Source: an uncultured Actinomycetes bacterium (GTDB lineage: Bacteria; Actinomycetota; Thermoleophilia; UBA2241). From it: a stretch of DNA of 64,000 bases. The stretch is from NCBI GenBank assembly GCA_963845355.1, contig CAWJRV010000038.1, positions 13,590 to 77,589 on the forward strand. Direction: 5' to 3'. A model generated the notes under the pieces. It was not told the DNA's origin. It ran no database searches and worked only from the letters and a program-made list of their open reading frames with translations. Below are positions 44,941 through 52,277 of this stretch, in pieces. A program made the translations under genes and the position numbers. Each line of letters opens with the position of its first letter. Position 1 is the first letter of the stretch.

Positions 44941-46263
44941 GTGAGACGCCTGTTGACTTGTGCGTTCGCCGTGCTTGGCGCTGTGCTGCTTCTGGTGCCC
45001 GCCCCGGCGCTGGGGTCGCCAGGCGCGAGTCTCACCCCGGGTGCGGTACCGGTGAGTCATGTCGAGTCAGCGCAACTCGGCGGGGTCACCTATGCCATCA
45101 GCGGCACCGTCCTCGACTACTCGGGTAACCCCGTCAGTGGTGCTGCCGTCGGGTGGGGATGGATGCCGCCCGGCTATGAGCTGGATCCTTTGGTCGCGGC
45201 TCAGTTCGGAGGAGGCGTGCTAAGCACAGGTGGCCAGTTCTCGTTTACCACCGTCAGCTCGCACCCGGGCAACGACTGCCTCTTGGTGGAATACGAGGCT
45301 GCGTTTTCGCAACCACAATGGCTGGCAAGCTGGGCGTATGATTTCTCGGCGAATAACCAGGCAAGCTCGTACCGCTACTCCGTGCAGCCCGGCGCCATCG
45401 ACATACAGATCACCAAGCCGCCCGTCGGCTTCGATCCTCAGGTCGATGTCTACGGCGCTAACGGCATGGCTCAGTCCTTCCCCTCCCTGTTTTCGGGCGT
45501 GGAGCTCGTCCCGATGGCACCGCCGAGCTTCAACGACGTCGTGGTCAGTGACGTGCAGACGCCAGGCGACGCACAGAACGTGACGGCGGCTGCCGAGTGG
45601 CTGAGCCCAAGCGCGGTTCCTGTGGCCGCCGGGTCACAGGCATCCAGCCCGGTCGTCTTCGACTGGAGCCACGCCCAGCGCGCCTACCTCGCCGGGCCAC
45701 CCTGCCAGCACTGCGGTCGGCCGGGAAGCGTCGTCAGGGTGGTCCTCAAGGGCTGGCCGGCCGGTGAGAAGGCCGGCTTTCAGCTCACCGACTACAAGCC
45801 CTACCCGACCCAGGTGTCCTCCGCTGGTACCGACAAGACCTACGTCGTCAAACTACGAATCCCCAATAGCGCTGATCCGGGCGAGTCCTACGACCTGACC
45901 ACCTACCGCACCGACGACCCTGCCAGTCACCTCAGTCTGTGGGATGGTTTCCAGGTGTGCGCCTTCAGATCGACTGCCGACGTCGTCGTGCGCGGCACGG
46001 GCATCCGACTGCGCGGCACGGTGCCGTCGGCCGCACGGACTGTCTGGCTGTTCGCACGACACAGCGCAGCGGCGCGGCCGGCAACAGTGACTGCGCCGGG
46101 TTGGCACAAGGTCGGCCACTACCGGGCAAACGACAACGGCACGTTCGTGAGCGCTCTGCTTCATCCGAGCCGTACCACCTGGTATGTGGCGCGGTACCCG
46201 CGCAGCAGTGACGACGGCCCGAGCTTCTACTTCACACCGGTCGTCAAGGTCAGCGTGCGCTAG
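44941..46263 (+). CDS. secreted protein of an uncharacterised family of about 450 aa (paralog of 34941..36293)
   Basis: GTG (or the upstream start at 44908). VRRLLTCAFAVLGAVLLLVPAPALG signal. Shared blocks are GPPCQHCGRPGSVVRV, YVVKLRIPNSADPGESYDLT, LLHPSRTTWYVARY, FTPVVKVSVR. Confidence 0.8.
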   Translation: MRRLLTCAFAVLGAVLLLVPAPALGSPGASLTPGAVPVSHVESAQLGGVTYAISGTVLDYSGNPVSGAAVGWGWMPPGYELDPLVAAQFGGGVLSTGGQFSFTTVSSHPGNDCLLVEYEAAFSQPQWLASWAYDFSANNQASSYRYSVQPGAIDIQITKPPVGFDPQVDVYGANGMAQSFPSLFSGVELVPMAPPSFNDVVVSDVQTPGDAQNVTAAAEWLSPSAVPVAAGSQASSPVVFDWSHAQRAYLAGPPCQHCGRPGSVVRVVLKGWPAGEKAGFQLTDYKPYPTQVSSAGTDKTYVVKLRIPNSADPGESYDLTTYRTDDPASHLSLWDGFQVCAFRSTADVVVRGTGIRLRGTVPSAARTVWLFARHSAAARPATVTAPGWHKVGHYRANDNGTFVSALLHPSRTTWYVARYPRSSDDGPSFYFTPVVKVSVR

Positions 46264-46350
46264 GGGCGCTGCCCAAACGCCTCGCGTTCGGCAGTCAGCG
46301 TAGGACGTGGCTCGTTGGATGCGGGCATCTGCGGGTGGGCAAGGTGGCCG

Positions 46351-46450
46351 TCCCGGATACATCTCCGAGGCCGCGGAAGGTATCTCCGTCGCGCTCAGAG
46401 GTGGTCGGGGCTATCCGTGGCCGCGGTGAGCAGGAGAAGGCGGGGAAAGG
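46351..46450 (+). repeat. copy B of the unexplained intergenic element
   Basis: It shares the 25-mer GGCCGCGGAAGGTATCTCCGTCGCG with copy C, plus ...GGGCTATC(C/T)GTGGCCGCG(G/A)TGAGCA... Confidence 0.75.
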
Positions 46451-46584
46451 CCGCGAAATACGCCGAGTCGATGCCGACGGTGTCGCGCATCAAGGCATGC
46501 CCGTGCGACCGTGACGGCTTACGGAGAGAAGCGTAGGCTTTGTCGCAGTTGCTCGGCATGCACAACTACTGTCAGGCAGGGTGA

Positions 46585-46968
46585 ATGTTCGGACGCCAGC
46601 ACAACAAGCTCGTCAGTCACTTCCGCGCTTCGGCCGAGGAGGGCTTCGTCAACCTGCGCTGGCGTGTCACAGAAGCAAACGACGCTCGCTACCGAGTGTT
46701 GCGCTCGGAGCGACGCTACCCCGAGACGCCTGAGGCCACCGCCGACTGGGATCTCCTGTGGGAGGGTGCCGACTGCGACTATCAGGACCGCGGGGCGGCC
46801 GGGCAGCGACACTACTTCTATGTTCTCTACGCCCGCGGTCCTGCCGGTGACTGGCAGGAGCAGAGTCGCGCCCGCGTGAAGGCCAAGTCGTCGCCGGTAG
46901 AGCGCGCGTCTATTGAAGCGCGCAACCTCGGCATCGGGACCTATCCCATCCCTCCGACCGGACACTAG
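46585..46968 (+). CDS. small cytoplasmic Fn3-like protein (family with 52382 and the fragment at 49287)
   Basis: 127 aa. HFRASAEEGFVNLRWRV...YRVLRSE...WDLLWEG...GQRHYFYVLYARGPAGDW. No signal peptide. Confidence 0.6.
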   Translation: MFGRQHNKLVSHFRASAEEGFVNLRWRVTEANDARYRVLRSERRYPETPEATADWDLLWEGADCDYQDRGAAGQRHYFYVLYARGPAGDWQEQSRARVKAKSSPVERASIEARNLGIGTYPIPPTGH

Positions 46969-47086
46969 GCGCCGCCACATCTAGCAAGCGCATCAACATG
47001 ACGCGCCCGAGTGCCGCGATAGACTCCAGCCGCAGTCCGCGCAGGTTGTGCGCCCGACGTTAGCCCGACAGGCAGAAGGGGGAGCA

Positions 47087-47554
47087 ATGCTACTCCGCAG
47101 GTCTCGAATCCGCTGCGCTGCGCTCGGGCTTACGCTACTGCTGTCACCTTGCATGGTGGCCTCCGCCTGCGGCTCCGCCTCCGCCTCTTGGCAGGGAACC
47201 TGGATACCGACCTCCGGCGCGCTGCGTTTCCCCCATGAACTGGGGGAGGGTGGGCTCGCCTGGGCTCCGTCGGCCAAGTCCGGAGGCGGCATCGTTATCA
47301 CCAAGGCCGGCGACTCCTATGTCGCCACCCTTGTCAGCGACGACGGCACCCGCGTCCAGGGCAAGGCCGTAGTGCAAGGCAGAGACCTGCTCGTCTCCTA
47401 CGGCGTAGCCCGGTACCTCCTGCTCCCCGACGCGGCCGACAAGACCCGCCTGCTGCTGGCGGGCGACCAGGGCGGCTCGCCCGCGCCCCAGGTGGCGGCC
47501 ACCCTGCAGCCTGGCGCTCTTGCCCCGACACCCGTCGCGACGAATCTGCCGTGA
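47087..47554 (+). CDS. lipoprotein (GTW lipocalin-like family)
   Basis: ATG after GGGGGAG. LLLSPCMVASACGS lipobox. WQGTWIPTSG...IVITKAGDSYVATLVSDDGTRV. Confidence 0.7.
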   Translation: MLLRRSRIRCAALGLTLLLSPCMVASACGSASASWQGTWIPTSGALRFPHELGEGGLAWAPSAKSGGGIVITKAGDSYVATLVSDDGTRVQGKAVVQGRDLLVSYGVARYLLLPDAADKTRLLLAGDQGGSPAPQVAATLQPGALAPTPVATNLP

Positions 47555-47582
47555 ACTACTCAATGATCGTTAAGGCTCTCCA

Positions 47583-47682
47583 CCTCCGGATGCGCCTCCG
47601 CGGCCGCGGAAGGTATCTCCGTCGCGTTTCGAGGAGTCCGGGCTATCTGTGGCCGCGATGAGCACAAGAACGCGAAGGAGAG
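47583..47682 (+). repeat. copy C of the unexplained intergenic element
   Basis: CTCCGGATGCGCCTCCGCGGCCGCGGAAGGTATCTCCGTCGCGTTTCGAGGAGTCCGGGCTATCTGTGGCCGCGATGAGCACAAGAACGCG... Confidence 0.75.
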
Positions 47683-47804
47683 GCGTCGAGCGCACGCGGG
47701 TCGAGAGCGCGGGAAGGTCGAAGGCCAGAGCCATCACCCTGGCCCTACTGCTATGCTAGTCGTCAGGCGTACAGCGTCAACGCGACACAGGGGGTGTGAG
47801 GCCG

Positions 47805-48215
47805 ATGCGTTTCGTTACCAAGGCAGCCCTTGCCGCTTCGGTCGCGCTGACCTGCCTTCTTACGGTATCGGCCTGCGGCAACGGCATGAGCGGCTCGTGG
47901 GTGCCCAGTCGGGGAAGCGTCGTCTGGACAGACAAACAGGGGACTAGCGGCTACGACTTCGGCGGCACGGCGGCGCGGCCGGGTGGGCTGATCATCTCGA
48001 AAGACGGCGGGGGCTACAAAGTGACCCTCGTGAGCCGCGACGGTTCGCGCTACCCGACCATCGCGGGGATGGGCGGGGCCAGGCTGGAAGTCTTCGTTGG
48101 CGGCGCGCTCGTGCCGATGTTCTTCCTCTCCCAAGCCGCTACGAACACCTTGTCCATGGAGGCGCAGGAAGGTGGCTTTGTACACGTCATGGACTTCAAG
48201 CGGGGTTCGCCCTAG
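47805..48215 (+). CDS. lipoprotein (GTW lipocalin-like family, paralog of 47087)
   Basis: MRFVTKAALAASVALTCLLTVSACGNG lipobox. SGSWVPSRG...LIISKDGGGYKVTLVSRDGSRY. Confidence 0.7.
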   Translation: MRFVTKAALAASVALTCLLTVSACGNGMSGSWVPSRGSVVWTDKQGTSGYDFGGTAARPGGLIISKDGGGYKVTLVSRDGSRYPTIAGMGGARLEVFVGGALVPMFFLSQAATNTLSMEAQEGGFVHVMDFKRGSP

Positions 48216-48398
48216 CCGTTCGTCACACTCGCCGGGATGAAGCCCACCCCTCACGACCCCGCCTCCGGCTCCAGCAGGCGACCCGGCACGACTGCGCGCG
48301 CCTATCGGGTGCGCCGTGAGCGCGACCGCGGCGAAGGGCGACCGGGTCAAGGCCGCGGGCGATCGTGCTCAAGGTCGCCACAGTGTTAGGATTATCAG

Positions 48399-49034
48399 AT
48401 GAGGCGCGGCCTTGTCATGGTTCTCGTGGCGGTCTTTCTCGTTGGGGGCTGCACGAGCAAGTCCGCCGCGCCTCCAATCGCCACCCCCATCCCGCACGCG
48501 AAGACCTTCGCCAGCCGCGACCTGCGCTTCTCGGTGTCCTACGACGCGAGCAGACTCGTCGACAGCATCAGCAGTTCCTACTCCGGGCTAGCAGGAAACT
48601 GGCTCGTCGTCTACTTCACCGACGGCGACACCAGAGGACGGCCATCGACGCGGCCCTACGGTCCGAACGGGGGGCTCGGCATCGACGCTGAAGAGGTCAT
48701 GCTCCCCGAGCCGTCGCTTTCCGCTGCCCGCGTCTCGCTGTCGACCGACTACACTGCGGTGGGCGCGCCGCCCGGAACCACCGTCTTCATGATGAAGCAG
48801 CAGTTCGCGCACTTCACCGTGGGCGCGGTCGAACCCATCACGTTGAACGGGCTTTCGGGTTACCGAATCCACTACTCGTGGACCGGCGGCTCCGCGGAGA
48901 CGTACGAGCTGTACAAGCTCCTCGACCACACGCCCTACGGATACACGCTCACGCTCACGCTCAGCGGCAAGGCTCGCCCTGCCTACAGGCAGGCGCTGGA
49001 CGCCGCCCTGCAGTCGTTCGCCGTCACGCGGTAG
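48399..49034 (+). CDS. lipoprotein, possibly PsbP/DUF1795-like
   Basis: MRRGLVMVLVAVFLVGGCTS lipobox. ...LRFSVSYDASRL...ITLNGLSGYRIHYSW...YTLTLTLSGKARPAYRQALDAALQSF. The fold call is inferred. Confidence 0.7.
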   Translation: MRRGLVMVLVAVFLVGGCTSKSAAPPIATPIPHAKTFASRDLRFSVSYDASRLVDSISSSYSGLAGNWLVVYFTDGDTRGRPSTRPYGPNGGLGIDAEEVMLPEPSLSAARVSLSTDYTAVGAPPGTTVFMMKQQFAHFTVGAVEPITLNGLSGYRIHYSWTGGSAETYELYKLLDHTPYGYTLTLTLSGKARPAYRQALDAALQSFAVTR

Positions 49035-49286
49035 CGCCTGCTGCCTGACTAGATCACCCTGCGGGAATGCGGGCACGTGCGGGTAGGTAGGACGGCCACT
49101 CCGAACGCCGCAACCGATTCGAGGCCGTTGGCGTCCCACTAGCCTGGCCACCCAGCCGCAAGGCGACGTGTGCCCGAAAGCGTGGGCCGAGCATACACTC
49201 ATGCGGCTTGTGCTATCGTCACCGTAGTAGCTTCGTCAGGCCGGTTGCCAGCGACGACGCCGGCGCGGGCACTGGGAAGGATGGTC

Positions 49287-49466
49287 ATGCACCTGTTCGG
49301 AAACAGCAGCGGACCGCATCTGGCTCACTTCCAGGCCTACCGCGATCACGGTCACGTCGAACTGGACTGGGAGGTGCGAAACGCTCCTCCGCTGAACTGG
49401 CCCAGGCGGCCAGGAGCCTTTGGCCGAAGCACCGATAGGAAGCCTTTTGGACTGACCGACCCCTGA
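49287..49466 (+). pseudogene. N-terminal fragment of an Fn3-like protein of the 46585 family
   Basis: MHLFGNSSGPHLAHFQAYRDHGHVELDWEVRNAP resembles LVSHFRASAEEGFVNLRWRVTEAN. The rest diverges and stops early. Confidence 0.35.
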
Positions 49467-49756
49467 GTCGTATGCGGTGCACTCCCCACAAACCCAGGCT
49501 GCTCTTAGGATTCTGACGCCTCATCCGGCGCGAAATCGTGGCTGATATCGGCCTGTGCCAACGATCCGCCAACGTCAGGGAGGGCAGCCTCGGCGTACCG
49601 GCACCCCGTCTGGACGTCGCGCGCGCCCGTGCGGGCGCGCGCGACTGGGCAATCCGTGCCCGCCGCGAGTGCCCTCCGACTTCCGATCAGCAGACCGTGT
49701 CGGAGGCCAGCGCGGCCGGCCCGGCTGCTCTATGCCGGTCCGCTTCGAGCCATCGC

Positions 49757-50144
49757 CTACCTACCAAGAGCCAGCTGAATCACGATGAAGACCAGCGAGG
49801 GCAGGGCGAAGCCGATGAAGACAAGGCCCGGTGCGACGAGCGGCGCAGGATATGCCCTGAACCGTCGACTACGGGAGAATCCTCGACTGACCGGCAGAGG
49901 CGAGAGCAACCCGATGCCGAGCGTCAAGCCGCCCAAGGCGATGACGGTTACTCCACCGGTTAGCAAGCGGTGAGCAGCCGAGATCGAGCAGGCCTAGAAC
50001 TGCGGCACCCAATACGGGAGCGCCCGCAACTAGGAGCACGCCAGGCCACGGCGACGGCCGGGGCTCAGGTGGTCGCGGGACGGCGACGTGCCCTTGCCAG
50101 TGCTCGACCTTGCCTTGCTTCGGTTCTTGTGGCGTGTCACTCAT
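49757..50144 (-). pseudogene. membrane protein apparently split by a frameshift near 49970
   Basis: MSDTPQEP...WPGVLLVAGAPVLGAAVLGLLDLG is in one frame. It continues as LLTGGVTVIALGGLTLGIGLL...LVAPGLVFIGFALPSLVFIVIQLAL in another (ORFs 49869..50192 and 49757..49966). Confidence 0.35.
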
Positions 50145-50411
50145 CGCGCGCACCTGTTTCTGCGTGGGTCGTCCCCAGGCAATCCTACTCAACTACATCA
50201 TACTGCAGCGACCGCGCAGCACAGCCTGGGTGTCCTGGCCAGGGCCCGGTGCCGGCCAAGCCAAGGCGGCCAGATCGGCTGCGGTGGCACGGTGGCAACG
50301 TGGTCGGCACCTGGAGGGTACCGATATCGATGAGGAGGTCGCGATGGGGGAGTTGCTCGCCGACTAGGCACTCAGTAGGCTGTTGGAGTCGACTCAGGGG
50401 GGCTGACTGAC

Positions 50412-50723
50412 GTGATTGCTGCGCTGCTGATCATCGCGGCCATCTTCTGGGTCGGCGCAGCTTTTGGTCTCGGATACTGGTGCAAGATCATCTGGCAGCG
50501 CAAAGCGCGTTCGCCGTGGGCTGGTTTTGCCTTGGGGACCCTGCTGTCTCTCTTGGAGACTCCCATCGCCGGACTCGCCGTGGTGGGTGTAAGTTACGCG
50601 CTTGCCGACCGGTCCAAGGGGCCGTCGCCTCGCTCCGCCGTCGCCGTCGTCGGCCTGGTTGCGGTGGCCGCGATCGTCGTGTTCAGCGTTGTCTTTCAAG
50701 CCGTGGTACACGCCCATGGCTAG
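50412..50723 (+). CDS. small membrane protein (3 TM)
   Basis: GTG start. IAALLIIAAIFWVGAAFGLGYWCKII...FALGTLLSLLETPIAGLAVVGVSYAL...AVVGLVAVAAIVVFSVVF. Confidence 0.6.
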   Translation: MIAALLIIAAIFWVGAAFGLGYWCKIIWQRKARSPWAGFALGTLLSLLETPIAGLAVVGVSYALADRSKGPSPRSAVAVVGLVAVAAIVVFSVVFQAVVHAHG

Positions 50724-50812
50724 GTCGTGAGAGTCGCGAGCATCTTGCTGGCTCCCGTTTTGGCCCTGGGCTGCTGTGCCGGCAAGTCTGTCGCAGGGCG
50801 GAGGTTCTGCAC

Positions 50813-51094
50813 GTGAGACCGACCGGCGCAGCGGCTGTCGTTGTCGTGATTCTCGCTAGTCTGCTCGCGGCGTGCGGCGGACAGGCGTCACACGCGCAAA
50901 GTCCGTCGCAATCAGCCATGCCGTTACAACCCTCCCTCGGCTTCACTGTGGACCGAACGACGGCCGACCCAATCCGCATGTCGGCGATCCACTCGCGGAA
51001 TAAGCTCGCAGACATTTACTCTCGGACATCACTATCACCTCGTCTAATTCTGGCAATGCTCCGACTTCCGCAAAGGATCGCAGTTCGAGTTTGA
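50813..51094 (+). CDS. short lipoprotein; the C-terminus is doubtful
   Basis: GTG after GGAGG. VRPTGAAAVVVVILASLLAACGG lipobox. The last 40 codons are in lower-GC sequence and may be out of frame with 51091..51591. Confidence 0.45.
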   Translation: MRPTGAAAVVVVILASLLAACGGQASHAQSPSQSAMPLQPSLGFTVDRTTADPIRMSAIHSRNKLADIYSRTSLSPRLILAMLRLPQRIAVRV

Positions 51095-51591
51095 CCTCGA
51101 GGAGAACTCTCCGAGCGGGGGAGGTGGCGACGAGCTGGTGGGAGTGGGACGGTACGGCAGAAATCAGTACGGCACGGACCAGGTTACTGGAAGTGACCAT
51201 ACGCAGCTATCTCGACCGCTCGGACTATACGAACGGCAAGCGGGTCTACCCGAGCTCGTACGAACTTCGGGTCTCCGCCAAGGCATGCCATTGGTCGCTT
51301 GAGGTGCTCTGCGACGGGCATTCGCTGCTCACCTACACAGGACGTGGCTTCGCCGTGACCTACGATCCCGCCAAGGCTAGCCTCTCGGCCGCTCCGATGT
51401 TCAAGAAGGGCGCCTCTGTGATCGTTGGCGAAGGCATGCAGATGTACAACGACCAGTACGCCCTCGTACTGGAAATCGTCAACGATGGGGCGTCCCGCAT
51501 CGGCCGCAGAAGCCACGATGATGGCTCGCGTGATGCACAGGCGGCCTCGACCTTGCTCGACTCGACGGCGCACGGGGTTATGAGGTCATGA
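51091..51591 (+). CDS. hypothetical protein
   Basis: 166 aa from a TTG. The start is uncertain and the composition is normal (…YELRVSAKACHWSLEVLCDGHSLLTYTGRGFAVTYDPAKA…). Confidence 0.45.
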   Translation: MTSRRTLRAGEVATSWWEWDGTAEISTARTRLLEVTIRSYLDRSDYTNGKRVYPSSYELRVSAKACHWSLEVLCDGHSLLTYTGRGFAVTYDPAKASLSAAPMFKKGASVIVGEGMQMYNDQYALVLEIVNDGASRIGRRSHDDGSRDAQAASTLLDSTAHGVMRS

Positions 51592-51951
51592 TGCGGCAGG
51601 ACGGCACCGATGTGGGCCGGTACCTGCTTGAGGCTACGCCGTTTTCGCTACATGATGGTGACCATGACCGACAGCAAACCACGGTGGTCGAGTCGTCTGG
51701 AGCGGCTCGTCAGGTCGGTGAGATTCCTACGCTGACCGCAGGGGCGTAACAGGAGCGAACGGCTCGGGAGCCAAATCCGTTACAGCGCGGGGTGTTCACT
51801 TTCGGGGCGGTCGCTATACCCCCGCTGAGCAGCCCGGAGGCTGGCGTGGTGGGCGACGTTGGAATCGGACCAGCGACCTCCACCGCGGGTGAGCGGTGTG
51901 CGGATGAGTGTCGTCGAGCGTCGCTCCGCGCCATCTTGTAGCGCGGATTTC

Positions 51952-51980
51952 GGTTGCAGACGGGTTGCAAGCTGGTTGCA
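51952..51980 (+). repeat. three GGTTGCA iterons at 11-bp phasing (tRNA-proximal arm of the island)
   Basis: cGGTTGCAgacgGGTTGCAagctGGTTGCAgag. The copies start at 51952, 51963 and 51974. Confidence 0.85.
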
Positions 51981-52040
51981 GAGAGGCTTCTGAGGCAGGC
52001 GAGAAACGCACAAAACCCCTGCATCTACGCCTGAAGAGGG

Positions 52041-52116
52041 TGGTAGCGCATACCGGATTCGAACCGGTGTTACCGCCGTGAGAGGGCGGCGTCCTAGGCC
52101 CCTAGACGAATGCGCC
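52041..52116 (-). tRNA. tRNA-Glu(CUC): tRNA-Glu, anticodon CUC, CCA encoded
   Basis: The reverse complement is GGCGCAT TC GTC TAGGGGCCTA GGAC G CCGCC CTCTCAC GGCGG TAAC ACCGG TTCGAAT CCGGT ATGCGCT A CCA. It forms a cloverleaf with a G1-U72 wobble and has the same architecture as E. coli tRNA-Glu. Confidence 0.9.
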
Positions 52117-52277
52117 CCGATGGGCTGGCGATGGCTGCAAGACGAGCATCCGGACATCGAAGTCGTGGTCCGGAGACGCGTGTTCGGCCATGAGCCGATC
52201 CCGCAGAGATAGCGGGGAGGTAGGATACCACAACGATGAACGCCGCCGAAACCGTCCCGGCCGACCCTTTCGCGATC

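Larger units (their letters stand above)
44615..52040. mobile_element. genomic island of about 7.4 kb between the two tRNA-Glu 3'-half repeats; no integrase recognisable (CIME-like or fossil)
   Basis: It is flanked by the 47-bp direct repeat and has iteron arms at both ends (44731-44748, 51952-51980). The cargo is lipoproteins, membrane proteins, a secreted paralog and Fn3-like proteins, several of them disrupted. Confidence 0.6.

Noticed and set aside
51850-51900. A tRNA-like T-arm (GTTGG AATCGGA CCAGC) next to the tRNA-Glu arm region.
   Set aside because: The loop does not match the T-loop consensus, and no acceptor, anticodon or D arms can be built around it.
44615-52040. A search by eye for an integrase, excisionase, relaxase or replication gene inside the island, on both strands.
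   Set aside because: None of the ORFs shows tyrosine or serine recombinase hallmarks (no R..HxxR..Y context, no resolvase N-terminus). The remaining minus-strand ORFs (45853..46362, 46519..46980, 47763..48350, 48588..49202) are antisense shadows.
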